This document shows, piece by piece, positions 62,569-64,000 of a stretch of DNA of 64,000 nucleotides. Location of the stretch: NCBI GenBank assembly GCA_963705165.1, contig CAVPJD010000011.1:1-64000 (forward strand), read 5' to 3'. Under the pieces are notes generated by a model. It did not search any database and had not been told where the DNA came from. It saw nothing but the letters and a program-made list of their open reading frames with translations. A program made the position numbers and the translations under genes. The stretch is from an uncultured delta proteobacterium (GTDB lineage: Bacteria > Desulfobacterota > Syntrophia > Syntrophales > UBA2192). Position 1 is the stretch's first letter, and every line of letters begins with the position of its first letter.

Positions 62569-63252
62569 CTAAACCACGAAGAAAAACCTCTCGACGTGAT
62601 CGTGAACCCAGAGAGAAGCCTGTACCCGGTTCCGGGCTTTGATCTTCCGGAATATATTGTAAAGGTGAGTTCGAACGGTGTGGCTGCTGATATTGAGCCG
62701 CGCGGCGATGTCTTTGTTGTTGAGGCCCCCCGCCATCATGAACAAGATGTGAAACTCTCTCGGGCTCAGAGGGTGTCTGTCTGAATGATCGTGAGCATTC
62801 CCCCGTCGCATGAATCTTACAGGCGGCCCTTCCGGCACGAATCCCCCATCGACAAACAGGCTCCGGATGGCCAGGAGGAACTCATCCGCCGAGTCGCATC
62901 GATAGAAAAAGCCGCAAGCATAACCGGGAGTTTCTCTGTGGGGTACGCCCCCGTTGGTGCCGTCTTGGAAAAGCCCGGAAAAAAGCCCGGAAAGAAGGTC
63001 CCCGTTCCCGTTCGTCCCAGGCTGCCTGTCGGCGATCATCGCCTGGATCCGGCGATCGAGGGCATCGAAGAGAAATAGACGGGTCTGCGGCGATTGGACC
63101 TGGCGGCTCAAGGCATCCATTTGTTCGAAGGACACCGCCTCGCAGACAGCACCCGTTTCCTGAACGAGAAAGCGCGCCAGTGCCTCATTTTCCAGGTTAC
63201 GCGATCCGGCGATATAGATAACCTTACCTTCAAGTACCCTGTCGCTGTTCAT
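62569..63252 (-). CDS. LuxR-HTH regulator with degenerate receiver (CsgD/VpsT-like)
   Basis: LSPRE..IL.....GLNNKDIA..L.IS.HTVRTHLYNIFRKI...NRVQA.LW. Confidence 0.88.
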   Translation of the reverse strand: MNSDRVLEGKVIYIAGSRNLENEALARFLVQETGAVCEAVSFEQMDALSRQVQSPQTRLFLFDALDRRIQAMIADRQPGTNGNGDLLSGLFSGLFQDGTNGGVPHRETPGYACGFFYRCDSADEFLLAIRSLFVDGGFVPEGPPVRFMRRGNAHDHSDRHPLSPREFHILFMMAGGLNNKDIAARLNISSHTVRTHLYNIFRKIKARNRVQASLWVHDHVERFFFVV

Positions 63253-63256
63253 GAGC

Positions 63257-64000
63257 CTACCCCCTCTTGCCGTCATCCCGCCGGATCACCCGGCGGATCT
63301 CTTTGAACATTTCGGGAAAGAGGAACGGCTTCTGCAGATACCCCTTGCACCCCTGCGCGAGCAGCTCATTCACTTCGCCGGGAAGACTGTACCCGCTGAT
63401 GATAATCACAGGCACATCGGGGTTGTTCTTCTTCAGTTCCGCATATGTTTCCGCCCCTCCCAAGCCCGGCATGATCATGTCCAGCATGATCAGGTCGATA
63501 TTGCCTTTCCATGCCTCACAGATCTCAAGGGCCTCCCGGCCATTGAATGCTGTGAGTACCTCGTAATCCGCTGTTACCAGGGTCTCCCGAATCACCTCGA
63601 TCAGGATCTCATCGTCATCTACGAGAAGGATCGTCCCGCAGTATGGGGAAATGTCGTGCCGGGCAGGCGCTGAGACAGTCCGGAATTCGGAAGCGGGCAG
63701 CAGGATTTGTATAACCGATGAGGAGGACTCGTCGCCACGGAGTGTCATGACACCGTCATGGCCCTGGACGATGCATTGCGCATAGGTAATACTCAGGCTG
63801 TCGCGCAGGCCGATCTCACTCATCATAGAGGAAAGTCGAAGCGCCCTTGGCCTGCCTGCCTGCCCCTGTGTTACAGCGTTTGCGTCCAGGGTCACTCTCA
63901 CATACCGCCCCGGTTTGACCCGATAGAGGGTAGATTCCGGTGCGAACAGGCATGCGTTTTCCGTTTCGATATGGAATTCGCTGCTCTTCGGGAACATCTG
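63257..64000 (-). CDS. Hybrid-kinase-like protein, 5' truncated: degenerate HATPase plus receiver
   Basis: ILLVDDD, LDMIMPG, IIISGY, LQKPF receiver; upstream PGRYV...H.G...I.LPAS remnant. Confidence 0.8.
   Translation of the reverse strand, partial: QMFPKSSEFHIETENACLFAPESTLYRVKPGRYVRVTLDANAVTQGQAGRPRALRLSSMMSEIGLRDSLSITYAQCIVQGHDGVMTLRGDESSSSVIQILLPASEFRTVSAPARHDISPYCGTILLVDDDEILIEVIRETLVTADYEVLTAFNGREALEICEAWKGNIDLIMLDMIMPGLGGAETYAELKKNNPDVPVIIISGYSLPGEVNELLAQGCKGYLQKPFLFPEMFKEIRRVIRRDDGKRG

Overview
High-GC bacterial chromosomal segment. Gene order and content (leuS-lptE, rplU-rpmA-obgE-proB, tmk-holB-ricT-metG, xseAB-ispA-dxs-tlyA, IspH-UbiA fusion, PEP-CTERM, HDOD and PAS-LuxR regulators) suggest an anaerobic deltaproteobacterium, probably Syntrophales-like (inference). 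About 60 CDS and one tRNA-Leu(CAG). Most genes are housekeeping. Accessory stretches lie at about 24.3-33 kb (three frameshifted genes) and 36.5-43 kb (ArnD-like deformylase plus formyltransferase, a DDE IS element, a PEP-CTERM gene, a RelE-type TA module). No CRISPR array, rRNA or prophage was seen. The least explained signals are non-coding: (1) a ~228-bp palindrome-rich element in two inverted copies (42248-42475, 48106-48330) with near-identical scaffold blocks separated by short unrelated segments; (2) degenerate 7/8/9-nt tandem arrays in many intergenic gaps, often as inverted pairs and sometimes preceded by a 13-nt GC-TNC-GC hairpin right after a stop codon; (3) an IS whose end motif is duplicated at the left end. 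I cannot claim a confirmed new system; these are the best leads. All calls come from manual reading, with no database searches.
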